A stretch of DNA of 64,000 nucleotides from Candidatus Bathyarchaeia archaeon (GCA_049512075.1 JBEKXL010000012.1:1-64000); one strand, 5' to 3'. Positions 30,996 through 42,170 are shown, counted from the stretch's first letter. Program-made: numbers and translations. Notes: generated by a model from the sequence alone, not told the origin.

Positions 30996-31433
30996 TTAGG
31001 TTGCAGGGCCATGGGTTGTCCATTTTGGAACGCGCGCGTCTGGAACGCAATCAACCTTGGAAAGATAAGGCTTGATGTCGACGATTGGCGAACCCTTTGC
31101 AGCGTCAAGTCCCTTTACTGTTAAGACGCACTCTTCAATCTTCATCAGTTCCACCACACACAGTCCTATCGGATTCGGACGTGAGGGGCTTCTGCATGCG
31201 AACACTCCTGTCTCAACTTTTACCGCGTGTTTTTTCGGAAAAACCAGCAGAGTTTTCCTCTCCTTCTCACTGTCGCGCAGATGCATCCAGTAAAGAGTGA
31301 TCAGGTGGGAAAAACCCGTTATCTCTTTCAGCCCAGCGCAGAACTCTGGAAAAATGTGCACCTCAGCCTCTTGTTCACCAGCTTTCATGACGGTTCCGAT
31401 GAAGTAGACCTCTCCCTTAACGCTCATTCTCAT
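30996..31433 (-). CDS. tsaA: tRNA m6t6A37 methyltransferase TrmO/TsaA
   Basis: [16 protein letters not shown] and VDIKPY. Confidence 0.88.
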   Translation of the reverse strand: MRMSVKGEVYFIGTVMKAGEQEAEVHIFPEFCAGLKEITGFSHLITLYWMHLRDSEKERKTLLVFPKKHAVKVETGVFACRSPSRPNPIGLCVVELMKIEECVLTVKGLDAAKGSPIVDIKPYLSKVDCVPDARVPKWTTHGPAT

Positions 31434-31595
31434 GTCTCCAACCCGAGCATGCGCCAATCTGCAATTCGGGGTCTGGCGCATATAAGAGATCTGATTAGAA
31501 AGTTAAAGGCAACGCGGGCGGTCTCCCTTCCCAGAAGAAGTGATTTCAGAAAGAGTGAAATGCGATTTCACCGAATAAGTCTTTGTTGCGGTCGT

Positions 31596-31943
31596 ATGAT
31601 AAGGATAAAGCGGGTTTACGATCAGGCATCGAAGGAAGATGGGTTCCGAATTCTCGTGGATAGACTGTGGCCTAGAGGGCTGTCCAAAGGCAAAGCCAAG
31701 GTTGACCTGTGGTTAAAAGAGGTCGCTCCAAGTGATGATTTGCGAAAGTGGTTCTCTCACGACCCGATGAAATGGCAAGGATTCGCAAAGCAATATGAAA
31801 ACGAATTGAAAGACAAGCAAGAACTGCTGCGTGAAATCAAACAAGCGGAGAAAGAAAAGGGAACAGTCACGATTCTGTATTCAGCAAGAGACGAAGAACA
31901 CAACCAAGCAGTTGCGCTGGTCGCTTTTCTCCAAAAAACATAG
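31596..31943 (+). CDS. DUF488 (YeaO-like) protein
   Basis: IKRVY...DRLWPRG...[10 protein letters not shown]. Confidence 0.9.
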   Translation: MIRIKRVYDQASKEDGFRILVDRLWPRGLSKGKAKVDLWLKEVAPSDDLRKWFSHDPMKWQGFAKQYENELKDKQELLREIKQAEKEKGTVTILYSARDEEHNQAVALVAFLQKT

Positions 31944-32065
31944 ACTGCACCGCAGGCTCTGGCCTCAAGCGCCGTTTGGAGCTTAAAGCCGCGCCAAACT
32001 GAACAGAACAGACCGTCTATCAGAGTCGAGTTTGAACTTTCATGCCTATGAGGTTCTGCGGAACA

Positions 32066-32464
32066 CTACATGCAACTTAAAGAATTGTTTGTGTAGCACA
32101 GCTCGCACGTTTCAATGTTAATCGTCGGATCAAATGCCCTGTGTAGTTCACACAGTAAGCCCTTTGCTCTTATTGTCCTGCAGATTTCACAGTATTTAGG
32201 AATCAAGTCTCGGCGCGAGAGCTTGTTTTCGGCCAATGCTACTGCGACGTTGCGAACCAGGTTTCCGATGCCCTCATCGTTTTCCAAGTTGATGGCTATG
32301 CCGCGTATCTTCCTGCAGTAGAGGCTTATGGCCGGCTGGCTGACTCGAAGCATCTCGGCAACTTTCGTCTGTTTCAACCGGTATTTTGCCATGAGCTCTT
32401 TGGCCAGCATGGCACGTACCACGGGTAGAACGCATTTCACTGCAACTTCGCACGGTACAGACAT
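32066..32464 (-). CDS. Archaeal HTH transcriptional regulator, divergent from fprA
   Basis: PCEVAVKCVLP...SQPAISLY; Cys/His-rich C-terminus. Confidence 0.8.
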   Translation of the reverse strand: MSVPCEVAVKCVLPVVRAMLAKELMAKYRLKQTKVAEMLRVSQPAISLYCRKIRGIAINLENDEGIGNLVRNVAVALAENKLSRRDLIPKYCEICRTIRAKGLLCELHRAFDPTINIETCELCYTNNSLSCM

Positions 32465-32546
32465 TAATGAGACTTCCGCTTTACTGTTGTCGAAAGACAT
32501 AAATATAGTTTATTACAATCGTAATACAAAATTGAAGGTGCAAAAC

Positions 32547-33734
32547 ATGAACTGGCGAAACATTGCCGAAATCTCAAAAAACGTTTACTGGGTAGGCTCT
32601 AGAGACTGGAATCGTAGACTCTTTGACGCGTTAATCCCACTTCCAAGGGGAACAACTTACAACGCTTACCTTGTAATAGGGGAAGACAAGAAGGCCCTCA
32701 TCGACACGGTGAACCCGGGCTTTGAAAAGGAATTGGAGGAAAAAATCAGGAAAGTCACCGACACAGCCGATCTGGATTATGTTGTAATGAACCATGCTGA
32801 GCCTGACCATGCAGGTTCAATCCCGTACATCATGTCGATAAACAGCAAAGCCAAACTGGTAGCCACCAGCAAAGGCGCCAAGATGGCGCAAACCTTCTAC
32901 AAAGTTCCTGAAAACAGGATAAAAGCCGTCGCTGACGGAGAAACTATCGACTTAGGCGGCAAAACGCTTCGATTCATCGAGGCTCCAATGCTCCACTGGC
33001 CCGAAACAATGTTCACCTATGTCCCAGAAAACAAGACCCTGTTTCCATGCGACTTCTTCGGCTCACACGTCGCTGAAGGACTGTACGATGACGAGGTGGA
33101 CGACCTGCTTGTTTTTGCCCAGAAATACTTCGGCGAGATAATGATGCCTTTCAGGTTCAATGCACAGAAAGGAATGGAAAAGATAAAGGACCTACAGATT
33201 GAAACCATAGCTCCCAGCCATGGACCAATACACAGAAACCCAGAACGCATCCTTCAAGCTTACAGGAAATGGTCAAGCGGTGAAACCAGGCAGAAGGCAA
33301 TCATAGTTTACGCAACCATGTGGAACAGCACGGAGAAGATGATTCGAACAATCGCAGACGTCTTGGCCTCTGAAGGCATCGAAATCGTACGGCACAACTT
33401 GACCACGGCCGACATAGGGGAAGTAGCAAAGGACCTAGTCGACTCAAGAGCCATAGTCTTAGGTACCCCCACGGTTCTGGGCGGTGCTCACCCAATAGCA
33501 ATGTACGCCGCATATCTGGTTAAAGCTCTGAAACCACCGACAAAATACGCGGTGGTCCTCAGCTCATACGGATGGGCAGGAGGGGCGATAAAGCACGTCC
33601 AGGAAACGCTCGGACCGACCAAAATGGAAATCGTCGGAGCACTGGAAATCAACGGTCCGCCCACCGAGAGCGATATCGACAAGATAGTGGAGTTCGGCAA
33701 GGCCCTCGCAAAGAAGATCAAGGCAGAAAATTAA
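32547..33734 (+). CDS. fprA: Flavodiiron protein (FprA, A-type flavoprotein)
   Basis: HAEPDH, HWPE, PSHG and a flavodoxin domain. Confidence 0.93.
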   Translation: MNWRNIAEISKNVYWVGSRDWNRRLFDALIPLPRGTTYNAYLVIGEDKKALIDTVNPGFEKELEEKIRKVTDTADLDYVVMNHAEPDHAGSIPYIMSINSKAKLVATSKGAKMAQTFYKVPENRIKAVADGETIDLGGKTLRFIEAPMLHWPETMFTYVPENKTLFPCDFFGSHVAEGLYDDEVDDLLVFAQKYFGEIMMPFRFNAQKGMEKIKDLQIETIAPSHGPIHRNPERILQAYRKWSSGETRQKAIIVYATMWNSTEKMIRTIADVLASEGIEIVRHNLTTADIGEVAKDLVDSRAIVLGTPTVLGGAHPIAMYAAYLVKALKPPTKYAVVLSSYGWAGGAIKHVQETLGPTKMEIVGALEINGPPTESDIDKIVEFGKALAKKIKAEN

Positions 33735-33793
33735 CCGTAAATCCCAAACTTTTATCACCTAGAAATCTATGATTTCTGCCGTTAGGAAGGCGC

Positions 33794-35026
33794 GTGAAAA
33801 TGGCGAAGGAGAATGCAAACAAGAAGAAGATGTTAAAAGAAGTAATCAAGGAGTTACACGGTGGAGCGTCGCCCACGGAAGTTAAGGAAAAATTCAAGGA
33901 AGTCTTGAAGGGCACGAAACCCGAGGATATTGCCCAGATAGAGCAGGAACTTGTAAAGGAAGGAATGCCGAGAGAAGAGCTTCAAAGGCTCTGCGATGTT
34001 CATCTGGCCGTCTTCGGCGAGCAAGTTCAAGATCAAGAACTGCACATTCCCGCGGGCCATCCCATCAACATACTTATTGAGGAACACAGGGTCATGCTGG
34101 AAAAGGCTGAAAGGCTGGAAACTCTCGTGAAAATGCTTGAGGAAGCATGTGACTCTGTATACGTTGGCGACGCCTTGACAGAACTGCAGACCTTAGTGAA
34201 GGATTTTCAGGACTCAGAGAAGCATTACCTGCGGGAAGAAAACGTGCTTTTCCCAACCATGGAAAAGCACGGAGTCACCGAGCCTCCAGCGATAATGTGG
34301 ATGGAACACAACCGAATAAGGGAGATAAAGAAGAAACTCTACGACCTGGTTGAAAAATGGAACACAATGCCCTACTCCGACTTCAAAACACGGCTAAGCC
34401 AGGATGCCGGGCCCTTGTGCAGTGTTCTTCCAGATCACTTTTTCAAAGAAAACAACATACTGTTCCCCACAGCACTCCAACTTGTCACGGAGAAAGAGTG
34501 GGAAGACATTCGGAAAGAATTCGACGAGATCGGATATCCCAGTTTTACGCCCGCGAATGTCTTGGCGGCCTTCCACGCTGCAGAATCGGCACCCAAAACG
34601 GCCGAACCGTCCGCAAAAGCGTGGCAATTTGAAACTGGAAGCCTCTCAAAAGAGGAGGCTGAGGCCATTCTCGACACGTTGCCTGTGGACATATCCTTCA
34701 TCGACAAGGATGACCGTGTGAAATACTTCAACAAGGCTGAAAAGAGAATATTCGTGAGGACCAAAGCGGTCATCGGCAGAAGCGTGCAGTTGTGTCACCC
34801 TCAGAAGAGCATCCACATAGTCAACAAAATCGTCGAGGCCTTGACAACAGGCGAAAAAGACAAGGCGGAATTCTGGATCACTATGAACAACCGCCTAGTC
34901 CACATACGGTACTTCGCGGTGAGAGACAAGAACGGAAAGTATTTGGGAACCATGGAAGTCACGCAGGATCTGACTGACCTAAAGAAGATTGAAGGAGAAA
35001 GAAGGCTTCTGGACTGGAAAGAATAG
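33794..35026 (+). CDS. DUF438-hemerythrin-PAS domain protein
   Basis: LCDVH, HYLREENVLFP and CHPQKS. Confidence 0.88.
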   Translation: MKMAKENANKKKMLKEVIKELHGGASPTEVKEKFKEVLKGTKPEDIAQIEQELVKEGMPREELQRLCDVHLAVFGEQVQDQELHIPAGHPINILIEEHRVMLEKAERLETLVKMLEEACDSVYVGDALTELQTLVKDFQDSEKHYLREENVLFPTMEKHGVTEPPAIMWMEHNRIREIKKKLYDLVEKWNTMPYSDFKTRLSQDAGPLCSVLPDHFFKENNILFPTALQLVTEKEWEDIRKEFDEIGYPSFTPANVLAAFHAAESAPKTAEPSAKAWQFETGSLSKEEAEAILDTLPVDISFIDKDDRVKYFNKAEKRIFVRTKAVIGRSVQLCHPQKSIHIVNKIVEALTTGEKDKAEFWITMNNRLVHIRYFAVRDKNGKYLGTMEVTQDLTDLKKIEGERRLLDWKE

Positions 35027-35185
35027 ACTCAGTTCAACAGTTTCTCGTGGGCGCCGACATTAAAGCGAAAAGATATAGATGAATGAGACCCTAAAATAAA
35101 GGCTGCAAAGGATAGGAAAGGTTTTTAGTATAGTTGTCATATGAGAGACTGCAAATAGTTAGGATATACTGTGAGGATGAACTGA

Positions 35186-35914
35186 ATGTCAATGTTTGCA
35201 GCACCAGGTGCTTACGACCGTGCTATAACTGTTTTTTCACCGGATGGGCGGCTTTTTCAAGTTGAATATGCAATGGAACTTGTCAACCGCGGAGCCACAA
35301 TCCTTGCGATACGATGCTCAGAGGGAGTGGTTCTTGGAGCTGAAGAAACCGTTGATCCACTGGAAGAAACGGAGTATTCATGGAAAATCTTTCGAATAGA
35401 CGATCATGTTGGAGCAGCCATTGTTGGTTTAAGCTCGGACGCGCGCATACTCATAGATCAGGCGCGAGTCATGGCGCAGTCTAACAAGCTAACGTATGAT
35501 GAACCGATCGATGTTGAAGTCGTGACTAAGAGAATATGCGACATAAAGCAGCTTTACACACAACACGCGGGTGTAAGACCCTTCGGCGTGTCAATGGTGT
35601 TTGCCGGAGTGGACAAAACTGGAAACCGCGTGTTCGGAACCCACCCTAGCGGAACCTACAGGGGCTACAAGGCCAGAGCGGAAGGCGCAGGAAGAGAAAC
35701 GGTGTTCAACATCCTGAAAGAGGAGTACAAGGAGGAGATGGGCCTCAAAGAAACCACGAGGCTCACGGTGAAATGTTTGGCCAAAGCCTTGGAAGCGAGA
35801 CAACTGCCGACGAGAATCAAAGTAGCAGTGGTGTCCTCAGAAACCAAAAAACTGGAAATGCTGAGCGAAGAGAAAATTGAGGGTATCCTGAAAGAGCCGG
35901 GCGCGGGCAAGTGA
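35186..35914 (+). CDS. psmA: Proteasome alpha subunit
   Basis: YDRAITVFSPDGRLFQVEYA and RPFGVS. Confidence 0.97.
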   Translation: MSMFAAPGAYDRAITVFSPDGRLFQVEYAMELVNRGATILAIRCSEGVVLGAEETVDPLEETEYSWKIFRIDDHVGAAIVGLSSDARILIDQARVMAQSNKLTYDEPIDVEVVTKRICDIKQLYTQHAGVRPFGVSMVFAGVDKTGNRVFGTHPSGTYRGYKARAEGAGRETVFNILKEEYKEEMGLKETTRLTVKCLAKALEARQLPTRIKVAVVSSETKKLEMLSEEKIEGILKEPGAGK

Positions 35915-35921
35915 CACGCTG

Positions 35922-36611
35922 ATGAGTGATAAGTACACCGTTGCGCGTATTACAAAGGACAACGAACACTTTGAAGTGCTTGTAAAACCTCAAAAAGCCC
36001 TAGATTTTCGAATGGGAAAAATAGCGGCAATAACCGAAGTTTTAGCGGCTGAAACGATATTTTCTGACGCTAACAAAGGCACGAAACCTTCGGAAGAAAA
36101 CCTGCGCAAGGCTTTCGGCACTACGGATTCGCTGAAAATAGCTGAGACCATACTCACAAAGGGAACGTTGCAGGTGACCACCGAACAACGCAGGAAAATG
36201 ATTGAAGACAAGAGAAAACAGATAGTGGATTTCATATCAAGGCAGAGCGTTGACCCCCGAACCAACCTTCCGCATCCGCCGACGCGAATAGAAAACGCTA
36301 TGGAACAAGTTCGCTACTCGATAGACCCGTTCAAGCCTGTGGAAGAACAGGCTAAAGAAATAATCAAGCTTCTACGGACGATTCTGCCACTCAAAATGGA
36401 ACAGGTAACCGTAGGCGTCACCATACCCGCGGAGCATTCGGCAAAGGCCTACGGAACAATCAAGGGATTCGGAACGATAAAACGTGAAGAATGGCGCGCA
36501 AACGGTTCATGGTACGGAGTCCTAGAAATGCCGGCAGGAGTCTACGCCCCATTCCTAGATAAACTCGGAGAAATAACCAAGGGGACCGGAGAAGCAAAGA
36601 TTAACCCCTGA
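35922..36611 (+). CDS. Ribosome maturation factor SBDS
   Basis: FEVLV and DPRTNLPHPPTRIENA; conserved operon position. Confidence 0.95.
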   Translation: MSDKYTVARITKDNEHFEVLVKPQKALDFRMGKIAAITEVLAAETIFSDANKGTKPSEENLRKAFGTTDSLKIAETILTKGTLQVTTEQRRKMIEDKRKQIVDFISRQSVDPRTNLPHPPTRIENAMEQVRYSIDPFKPVEEQAKEIIKLLRTILPLKMEQVTVGVTIPAEHSAKAYGTIKGFGTIKREEWRANGSWYGVLEMPAGVYAPFLDKLGEITKGTGEAKINP

Positions 36612-36647
36612 CAAGAAAATCTGTATGAATAGAAAAGGAGTGATTTT

Positions 36648-37358
36648 ATGCCAATATTTTTGGAAAGAAGACAGCTTGTGACGCCTGGCGACTTAATCGC
36701 AGAAGGCGATTACATAGCTGGAGAAAACACGTACATGGAAAACAACAAGATTTACGCTTCAAGAGTTGGAATCGTCGAGTATGAAACAAAAAAAATGGAT
36801 GTCGTCGCCCTGAAGTCCTTTTACGTTCCGAGGATGGAAGACATCGTCATAGGAACTATCACGGAAGTTGGATTCAGCGGGTGGACGGTGGACATCAACT
36901 CGCCCTACCCCGCTCTTCTCAGGGCGTCAGACGTACTGAGCAGACCCTTCAGACCGCAAAAAGACGACCTGTCCCCGGTTCTTGACGTAGGGGATTTGGT
37001 GGTGGCCAAGATAGTCTCTTACGACAGGACGCACGACCCACAGTTGACGGTGGCAGAACCTGGGCTCGGAAAGATAACACGCGGACAGATACTAAAGGTC
37101 ACGCCGACGAAAATCCCCCGCGTGATAGGCAGAAAAGGCTCGATGATATCCACGATAAAACAGGAGACAGGTTGCAACATTATCCTAGGTGTCAACGGAG
37201 TCGTGCTAATCACTGGAAAGACTCTTGAAGACGAACAGTTGGCGATGATGGCGATTCTGAAAATAGAAGAAGAATCCCACACAAGTGGTCTCACGGATCG
37301 CATAACCAAGATGCTTAAAGAAGCAAAAACTGGAAAGGAGGAAAAGAAAAATGAATGA
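36648..37358 (+). CDS. rrp4: Exosome RNA-binding subunit Rrp4
   Basis: S1 plus KH domains ([10 protein letters not shown]); SHTSGLTD. Confidence 0.95.
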   Translation: MPIFLERRQLVTPGDLIAEGDYIAGENTYMENNKIYASRVGIVEYETKKMDVVALKSFYVPRMEDIVIGTITEVGFSGWTVDINSPYPALLRASDVLSRPFRPQKDDLSPVLDVGDLVVAKIVSYDRTHDPQLTVAEPGLGKITRGQILKVTPTKIPRVIGRKGSMISTIKQETGCNIILGVNGVVLITGKTLEDEQLAMMAILKIEEESHTSGLTDRITKMLKEAKTGKEEKKNE

Positions 37359-38100
37359 TAAACCTGAAAAGTTAATCGATAAAAAAGGCCTGAGACTGGA
37401 CGGGAGAAAGCTCGATGAGTTAAGGCCGGTGAAGCTTCAAGTAGGCGTGATCTCAAACGCAGACGGTTCAGCATACATTGAACATGGAAAAAACAAGATT
37501 CTGGTCGGTGTGTACGGGCCGAGGGAAGTGCATCCCAAGCACTTGGCCCTTCCGGATCGAGCGGTTGTTAAGTGCCGTTACCACATGGCACCGTTCTCAG
37601 TTCAGGAGCGCAAGTCACCTGCGCCGTCAAGAAGAGAAATCGAACTCTCGAAAGTGATAAGGGAATCGCTTGAACCCGCCATTTTCATGGAATATTACCC
37701 GCGCACGATGATAGACATATTCATTGAAGTGTTACAGGCCGATGGTGGAACAAGATGCGCGAGCATCACAGCAGCCGCTCTGGCTTTGGCAGACTCGGGC
37801 ATTCCGATGCGAGACCTAGTCGTCGCATGCGCGGCGGGCAAAGTGGAGGACAAAATCGTGCTGGACTTAATGGACACCGAAGACAAGGTGGGTTCGGCTG
37901 ACGTTCCCGTGGCTCTGATGCCCAACCTGAACGCCGTCACGTTGCTGCAGATGGATGGAACACTTTCAACCGACGAGTTCGAAAGCGCGGTGAACTTGGC
38001 TCTTGAAGGGTGCAAACAAATCTATGCACTTCAGAAAGAAGCGTTAAGAATCAAGTACGTGAACGTTAAAGAAGAAAACAAGGAGGAGGCTGAAGAATAA
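37351..38100 (+). CDS. rrp41: Exosome exonuclease Rrp41
   Basis: RLDGR, ADGSA and QADGGTR. Confidence 0.96.
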   Translation: MNDKPEKLIDKKGLRLDGRKLDELRPVKLQVGVISNADGSAYIEHGKNKILVGVYGPREVHPKHLALPDRAVVKCRYHMAPFSVQERKSPAPSRREIELSKVIRESLEPAIFMEYYPRTMIDIFIEVLQADGGTRCASITAAALALADSGIPMRDLVVACAAGKVEDKIVLDLMDTEDKVGSADVPVALMPNLNAVTLLQMDGTLSTDEFESAVNLALEGCKQIYALQKEALRIKYVNVKEENKEEAEE

Positions 38101-38891
38101 TGGCAGCAGTAATAACCAAAGTGAAACAGAAGCAGATTGCGCAGTTGATAGACAACGGAAAACGCTTGGACGGCAGAGAATTGACAGAATATCGCGAAAT
38201 AAAAATCGAACAGGGCATAATTGAAAAAGCTGAGGGGTCAGCAAGGGTGCTTCTTGGAAAAACCGAGGTCGTCGTGGGAGTAAAAATCGAGACGGGAGAG
38301 CCGTTCTCGGATACGCCGAACGAGGGCGTCTTAACGGTAAACGTAGAGCTTGTACCGCTAGCTTCGCCGGGCTTTGAACCAGGACCCCCCGACGAGAGTT
38401 CGATAGAGCTCGCGAGAATAGTTGACAGGGGAATTAGAGAGTCCAAAGCTATCGATACGGGGAAACTCTGCGTCGTACCCGGAAAGAAGGTGTTCGTTGT
38501 CTTCGTTGATGTCTACGTGCTGAATCATGATGGAAATTTGATAGACGCCTCAGCACTGGCCGCAATGGCTGCACTGCTTAACGCGAAAATGGGCAAGTAC
38601 GAAGTCGAGGACGGAGAAGTGAAGATGAAATCAGGCTACGAGCCGCTTCCACTAAGGAAACACCCCATAACGGTCACCTGCGCCAAAATAAGCGACAAAC
38701 TCGTCGTCGACCCCTGGCTGGAAGAAGAGCAAGTTATGGATGCCCGAATCTCAATAGCATTCGACGACGACGAAAACATATGTGCCATACAAAAAGGCGG
38801 AAGCGGGTACTTTGAACCAAAACAAGTATTCGAAGCGGCAAGAGTAGCTAAAGAAAAATCTAGGGAACTGCGAAAGAAACTGAACTGGTGA
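38100..38891 (+). CDS. rrp42: Exosome subunit Rrp42
   Basis: KAEGSA, EPGPP, RGIRES and DGNLIDA. Confidence 0.96.
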   Translation: MAAVITKVKQKQIAQLIDNGKRLDGRELTEYREIKIEQGIIEKAEGSARVLLGKTEVVVGVKIETGEPFSDTPNEGVLTVNVELVPLASPGFEPGPPDESSIELARIVDRGIRESKAIDTGKLCVVPGKKVFVVFVDVYVLNHDGNLIDASALAAMAALLNAKMGKYEVEDGEVKMKSGYEPLPLRKHPITVTCAKISDKLVVDPWLEEEQVMDARISIAFDDDENICAIQKGGSGYFEPKQVFEAARVAKEKSRELRKKLNW

Positions 38892-38898
38892 AAACGCG

Positions 38899-39201
38899 AT
38901 GGGGAACAGAACCAAAAAAGTCGGGCCCACTCGCGGACTGGGTCCCCGCTACGGTTCGACAGTCAGAAAACGCTACATGAAGGTAATGATAGAGATGAAG
39001 AAACCCCACAAATGTCCACAATGCGGTTTCTCAAGAGTAAAAAGAGAAAGCGTCGGAATCTGGAAATGCAGAAAATGCGGTTTCACATACACTGGCGGAG
39101 CCTACACGCCCATTACAAAGCTCGGAATAGTGGCAAAACGCTCAGCCAAGGGCACACCGGCAGAAGAAACATTACAGACAGCGGAAGAAGAAAGCGCCTA
39201 G
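38899..39201 (+). CDS. rpl37ae: Ribosomal protein L37ae (eL43)
   Basis: GPRYG, CPQC, GIWKCRKC and GGAY. Confidence 0.95.
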   Translation: MGNRTKKVGPTRGLGPRYGSTVRKRYMKVMIEMKKPHKCPQCGFSRVKRESVGIWKCRKCGFTYTGGAYTPITKLGIVAKRSAKGTPAEETLQTAEEESA

Positions 39202-39269
39202 GCCTCCCCTCTCTTGCCAAATTCAAACGCGGAACCTGAGCTTTCGAACGGTTTTCTGGAAATGCCTGA

Positions 39270-39548
39270 ATGAAAGCGAGAGCAACTGTGCGCCTGAAGT
39301 TACCCTCAGAGAAAAAGTTGCAGACGATTCTCAGATCCTTAGAACCAGAGGTTAACAGTCCAACCGGGCGTGCGTGGGCAAGTTTAGCGAAGAAAGGCGA
39401 TTACCTGACTTTGAAGATTGAAGCCAAAGACACGGTTGCGTTGCGTGCCGCACTAAATGCCTATCTAAGATGGATAAATTCGATTCTAAACGTGTTTCAG
39501 ACACTTGAAAGAGAAGAAGGGCGTTCAGTCTTGAAATCAGAGATTTGA
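39270..39548 (+). CDS. pcc1: KEOPS subunit Pcc1
   Basis: SLEPE and DTVALRAALNAYLRW. Confidence 0.9.
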   Translation: MKARATVRLKLPSEKKLQTILRSLEPEVNSPTGRAWASLAKKGDYLTLKIEAKDTVALRAALNAYLRWINSILNVFQTLEREEGRSVLKSEI

Positions 39549-39782
39549 CTCAGATTCCGGCGAGAGTTCTCCTCCAACTATCATGCTTTCATTCCTTGAG
39601 AGAACCTCGATTTTTCCAGCTGAACACGCCGCTAGTCATGTATCCTAATGAAACAACTAGCGACCTGCTATTTTCAAAGCAGAAATAACCAGCAACAGAG
39701 AAGTGAGGCGCAACGGCTTGAGTTGAGAGCCTCCGGACAATTTGAGAAAATGTTAAAATGTCGGATGAATTGCCGATTAATT

Positions 39783-39946
39783 TGCGCGCATGCCTGTTCC
39801 TAAATTCATTCGCGAGCTGGTTTTTGTTATAGGCTCGCTTGGTTCGTGGATGACCGTGTGACTATTGATGCGAGAATTATCGTCTGTAGGACATGGACCA
39901 ACTCGTCACGCCCAAAAAAGGGAATTTAGGAACACGCTAGCGCGCT
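39783..39946. mobile_element. GCGCGC-bounded inverted-repeat element D (MITE-like)
   Basis: gcgcgc-a-tgcctgttcctaaattc ... (reverse complement) gcgcgc-t-agcgtgttcctaaattc. Confidence 0.75.
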
Positions 39947-39950
39947 ACTT

Positions 39951-39990
39951 GTCTGGGGGTAAAGTCTACTCCCAAACCCAAACCAAATCC
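39951..39990. repeat. GGGGTAAAGT repeat, inverted relative to copies at 41434-41456 and 43762-43800
   Basis: gtctgggggtaaagtctactccc vs reverse complement gtttgggggtaaagttttatccc (19/23). Confidence 0.6.
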
Positions 39991-40228
39991 AACCTGACGC
40001 CGTGCCTTATGGAAGTAAAGTGCGTTATTGAGAGGCAATATATGCGGTTCAGCACATAGTTCTTGATCTCTGCAAAAGAGGCGATATTGCGGAATTCAAG
40101 GCATAATAGGGTAGGTATATAGGTAGTATCGGAATCGAGTATACGTTCTGCAGCGTTAACTTATAAAGGCTCGTTTGAGCAACTAGAAGCATACATCAGA
40201 TATGAAATGGGCAGGGTAGTCATATGGC

Positions 40229-41428
40229 ATGAAGACCGACTCAAGCTCTGACGGGTCTCGGCGCAACAGGCTGTTTCTGCCAGCATTGGCTGCTGCCAGC
40301 TTTGCTTCAGGCCCGATTACGGTCTTGGGAGCCCTTCTCCTAATTGACATAGGCAACACGTTTGGTACGTCAGTTAGTATTACAGGTCAGATTTACACGT
40401 TATATTCTATTGCTGCAGTCATCTTTGCGTTGCTGACAGGGGTCTTAAGTATTAAATTCAAGCATAGGTCGTTGCTCCTCGTAGGCTTGTTTTTGATGGC
40501 GATCTCGGCTGCAGGTTGTTTCTTAGCTCTGGATTTCGTCACGTTGCTTGCATTCTATTCTTTGAGTGGAGCTGGATACGCCATTGTCAACCCTATGGCG
40601 TTCACCTTAGTTGGAGAGCATTTTCCTTTGGAAAAGAGGGCAAATGCGATTGGGTTGATTGTTGCGGGCGGGGCGCTGGTGTACGTCATAGGGGCTCCGG
40701 TGATTGCGGTGATGTCAGGCTACAGAGGCTGGCGTTTTCCCTTTCTGGGTTTTGTCCTGCCGATTCTGCTTATAGGTCTGCTATTGGCTTTTCTCGGTCT
40801 TCCGTCTACTTCGAACAAACGTCAAGTGCCATCAGAGGCGAAAGCTAATCCGAGTCCTAAGGCGTTTTTCCTGAACAAATCTGTTGCTGCTTGCCTGATT
40901 GGCGACACCCTTCGTGCCGCAGCTTTTGTTGCAATCATGCTTTACGCAACGTCATTCTTCAGACAGCGATTCTTGGTTCCTACAGATTCTGCCTCCCTTA
41001 TACTGTTGGGTGGAGCATTGTCCTACGTCGTAGGCAGCTTGACCACTAGTCGGTTCGTAAATAGGATGGGAAGAAAGTCTTCAGCTGTTCTTACTGCCTT
41101 GTTATCAGGAACATTCACCGTTTCGTTTGTTTTCGTCCCCAACGTCTGGATTTCTTTAATACTAATGTTGATTGCCAGTTGGTTCTTCGGCATGGTTGCT
41201 TCATCAGCTAACAGTCTGATTCTTGAGCAGATTCCAGAGCTGAAGGGTACTTTGATGTCGATTGATACTGCGGTACTGAATGCTGGTTCAGCCTTTGGAA
41301 CTACTGCAGGAGGAATGGCTTTACTATATTTTGGCTATGAAGGTCTGGGCAGTGTTCTGGGAACTGTAGGCATTGTTGCTGCATTGGTTTTCTATCTACT
41401 CGCAAAAGATCCAACCAAGCCGCCATAG
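40229..41428 (+). CDS. MFS transporter
   Basis: About 12 TM helices; PLEKRANAIG, GWR and NRMGRK motifs. Confidence 0.9.
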   Translation: MKTDSSSDGSRRNRLFLPALAAASFASGPITVLGALLLIDIGNTFGTSVSITGQIYTLYSIAAVIFALLTGVLSIKFKHRSLLLVGLFLMAISAAGCFLALDFVTLLAFYSLSGAGYAIVNPMAFTLVGEHFPLEKRANAIGLIVAGGALVYVIGAPVIAVMSGYRGWRFPFLGFVLPILLIGLLLAFLGLPSTSNKRQVPSEAKANPSPKAFFLNKSVAACLIGDTLRAAAFVAIMLYATSFFRQRFLVPTDSASLILLGGALSYVVGSLTTSRFVNRMGRKSSAVLTALLSGTFTVSFVFVPNVWISLILMLIASWFFGMVASSANSLILEQIPELKGTLMSIDTAVLNAGSAFGTTAGGMALLYFGYEGLGSVLGTVGIVAALVFYLLAKDPTKPP

Positions 41429-41542
41429 TTTACGGGATAAAACTTTACCCCCAAACCCAAACATATTTTTATTACGACGACGCGACGACGAACGCATAGT
41501 TTACGGACGCATAGTTTATCGTAAAATGATACAGACCGATTT

Positions 41543-41704
41543 TCATTTACATATTAATGGTTTTGTGGTTTCTACTGTCAATTTTCCATTGGGCTTTTCC
41601 TTCATTGCATTTTTGTAGAAGCCACATTCCAGATGATTTCTGTCATTGCAGTTGATTCCTGTTATTTTGCACCTGTCAAATAAGGGACATTTAGGCTGAG
41701 TCAT
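41543..41704 (-). CDS. Small Cys-rich hypothetical protein (53 aa)
   Basis: MTQPKCPLFDRCKITGINCNDRNHLECGFY...; purine-rich upstream sequence. Confidence 0.45.
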   Translation of the reverse strand: MTQPKCPLFDRCKITGINCNDRNHLECGFYKNAMKEKPNGKLTVETTKPLICK

Positions 41705-41862
41705 TTGTTCTTCCTTTTCTTAAAGGTCTTAACTAACCGTTCTTTTTCAAAATCATAAATAAAACCCTTGTTAATCCAGTCTCCCGTTTCCCAATCATAA
41801 TTATATTTGTCTCTGGCACGCGCTAGAACTCAGAAAACTATCACGCAGTTAAAAAAGGGGAA

Positions 41863-42170
41863 CTATTTAAGTTCTACAACTAAGAGGTCTACGTCAGTTT
41901 TCCCTGGGTTCTCGGCTTCGTGAGATTGGGCTTTAAGGAAGATTGCCTGACCAGTCTTCAGGTCTAATACCTCTGTTTTCCTGAAGATGTCAGTTTTAGT
42001 TTGCCACCTTTGAGAACATATACGACATGGTCTGGATGGCTGTGCATTACTGTTTTGTCGTTTGGTTTGAACAGAACCTGAAGTACACGCACGCGGTCGT
42101 TTTCCATTATGGACTTAGAGACGTTTTCCGCCTTCGTTTCCTCATTCCTTCTTAGACTCTCCGCTTGCAT
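41863..42170 (-). pseudogene. Cupin protein, frameshifted at an A run (about 41976-41979)
   Basis: ENDRVRVL...MHSHPDHVVYVL, continuing in another frame as EVLDLKTGQAIF...HEAEN...LVVELK. Confidence 0.8.

Noticed and set aside
31227-31595. N-terminal extensions of DUF488 and FprA given in the ORF track
   Set aside because: They overlap divergent genes; family similarity starts at the ATGs at 31596 and 32547
18047-31943. Canonical integron with attC sites
   Set aside because: The palindromic elements have GTT on the left and AAC on the right, the reverse of attC; genes are in mixed orientation; the integrase remnant looks like a tRNA-targeting type
17490-35180. attR copy of the tRNA-Leu 3' end
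   Set aside because: No duplicate seen in the window, so the island's right boundary is undefined
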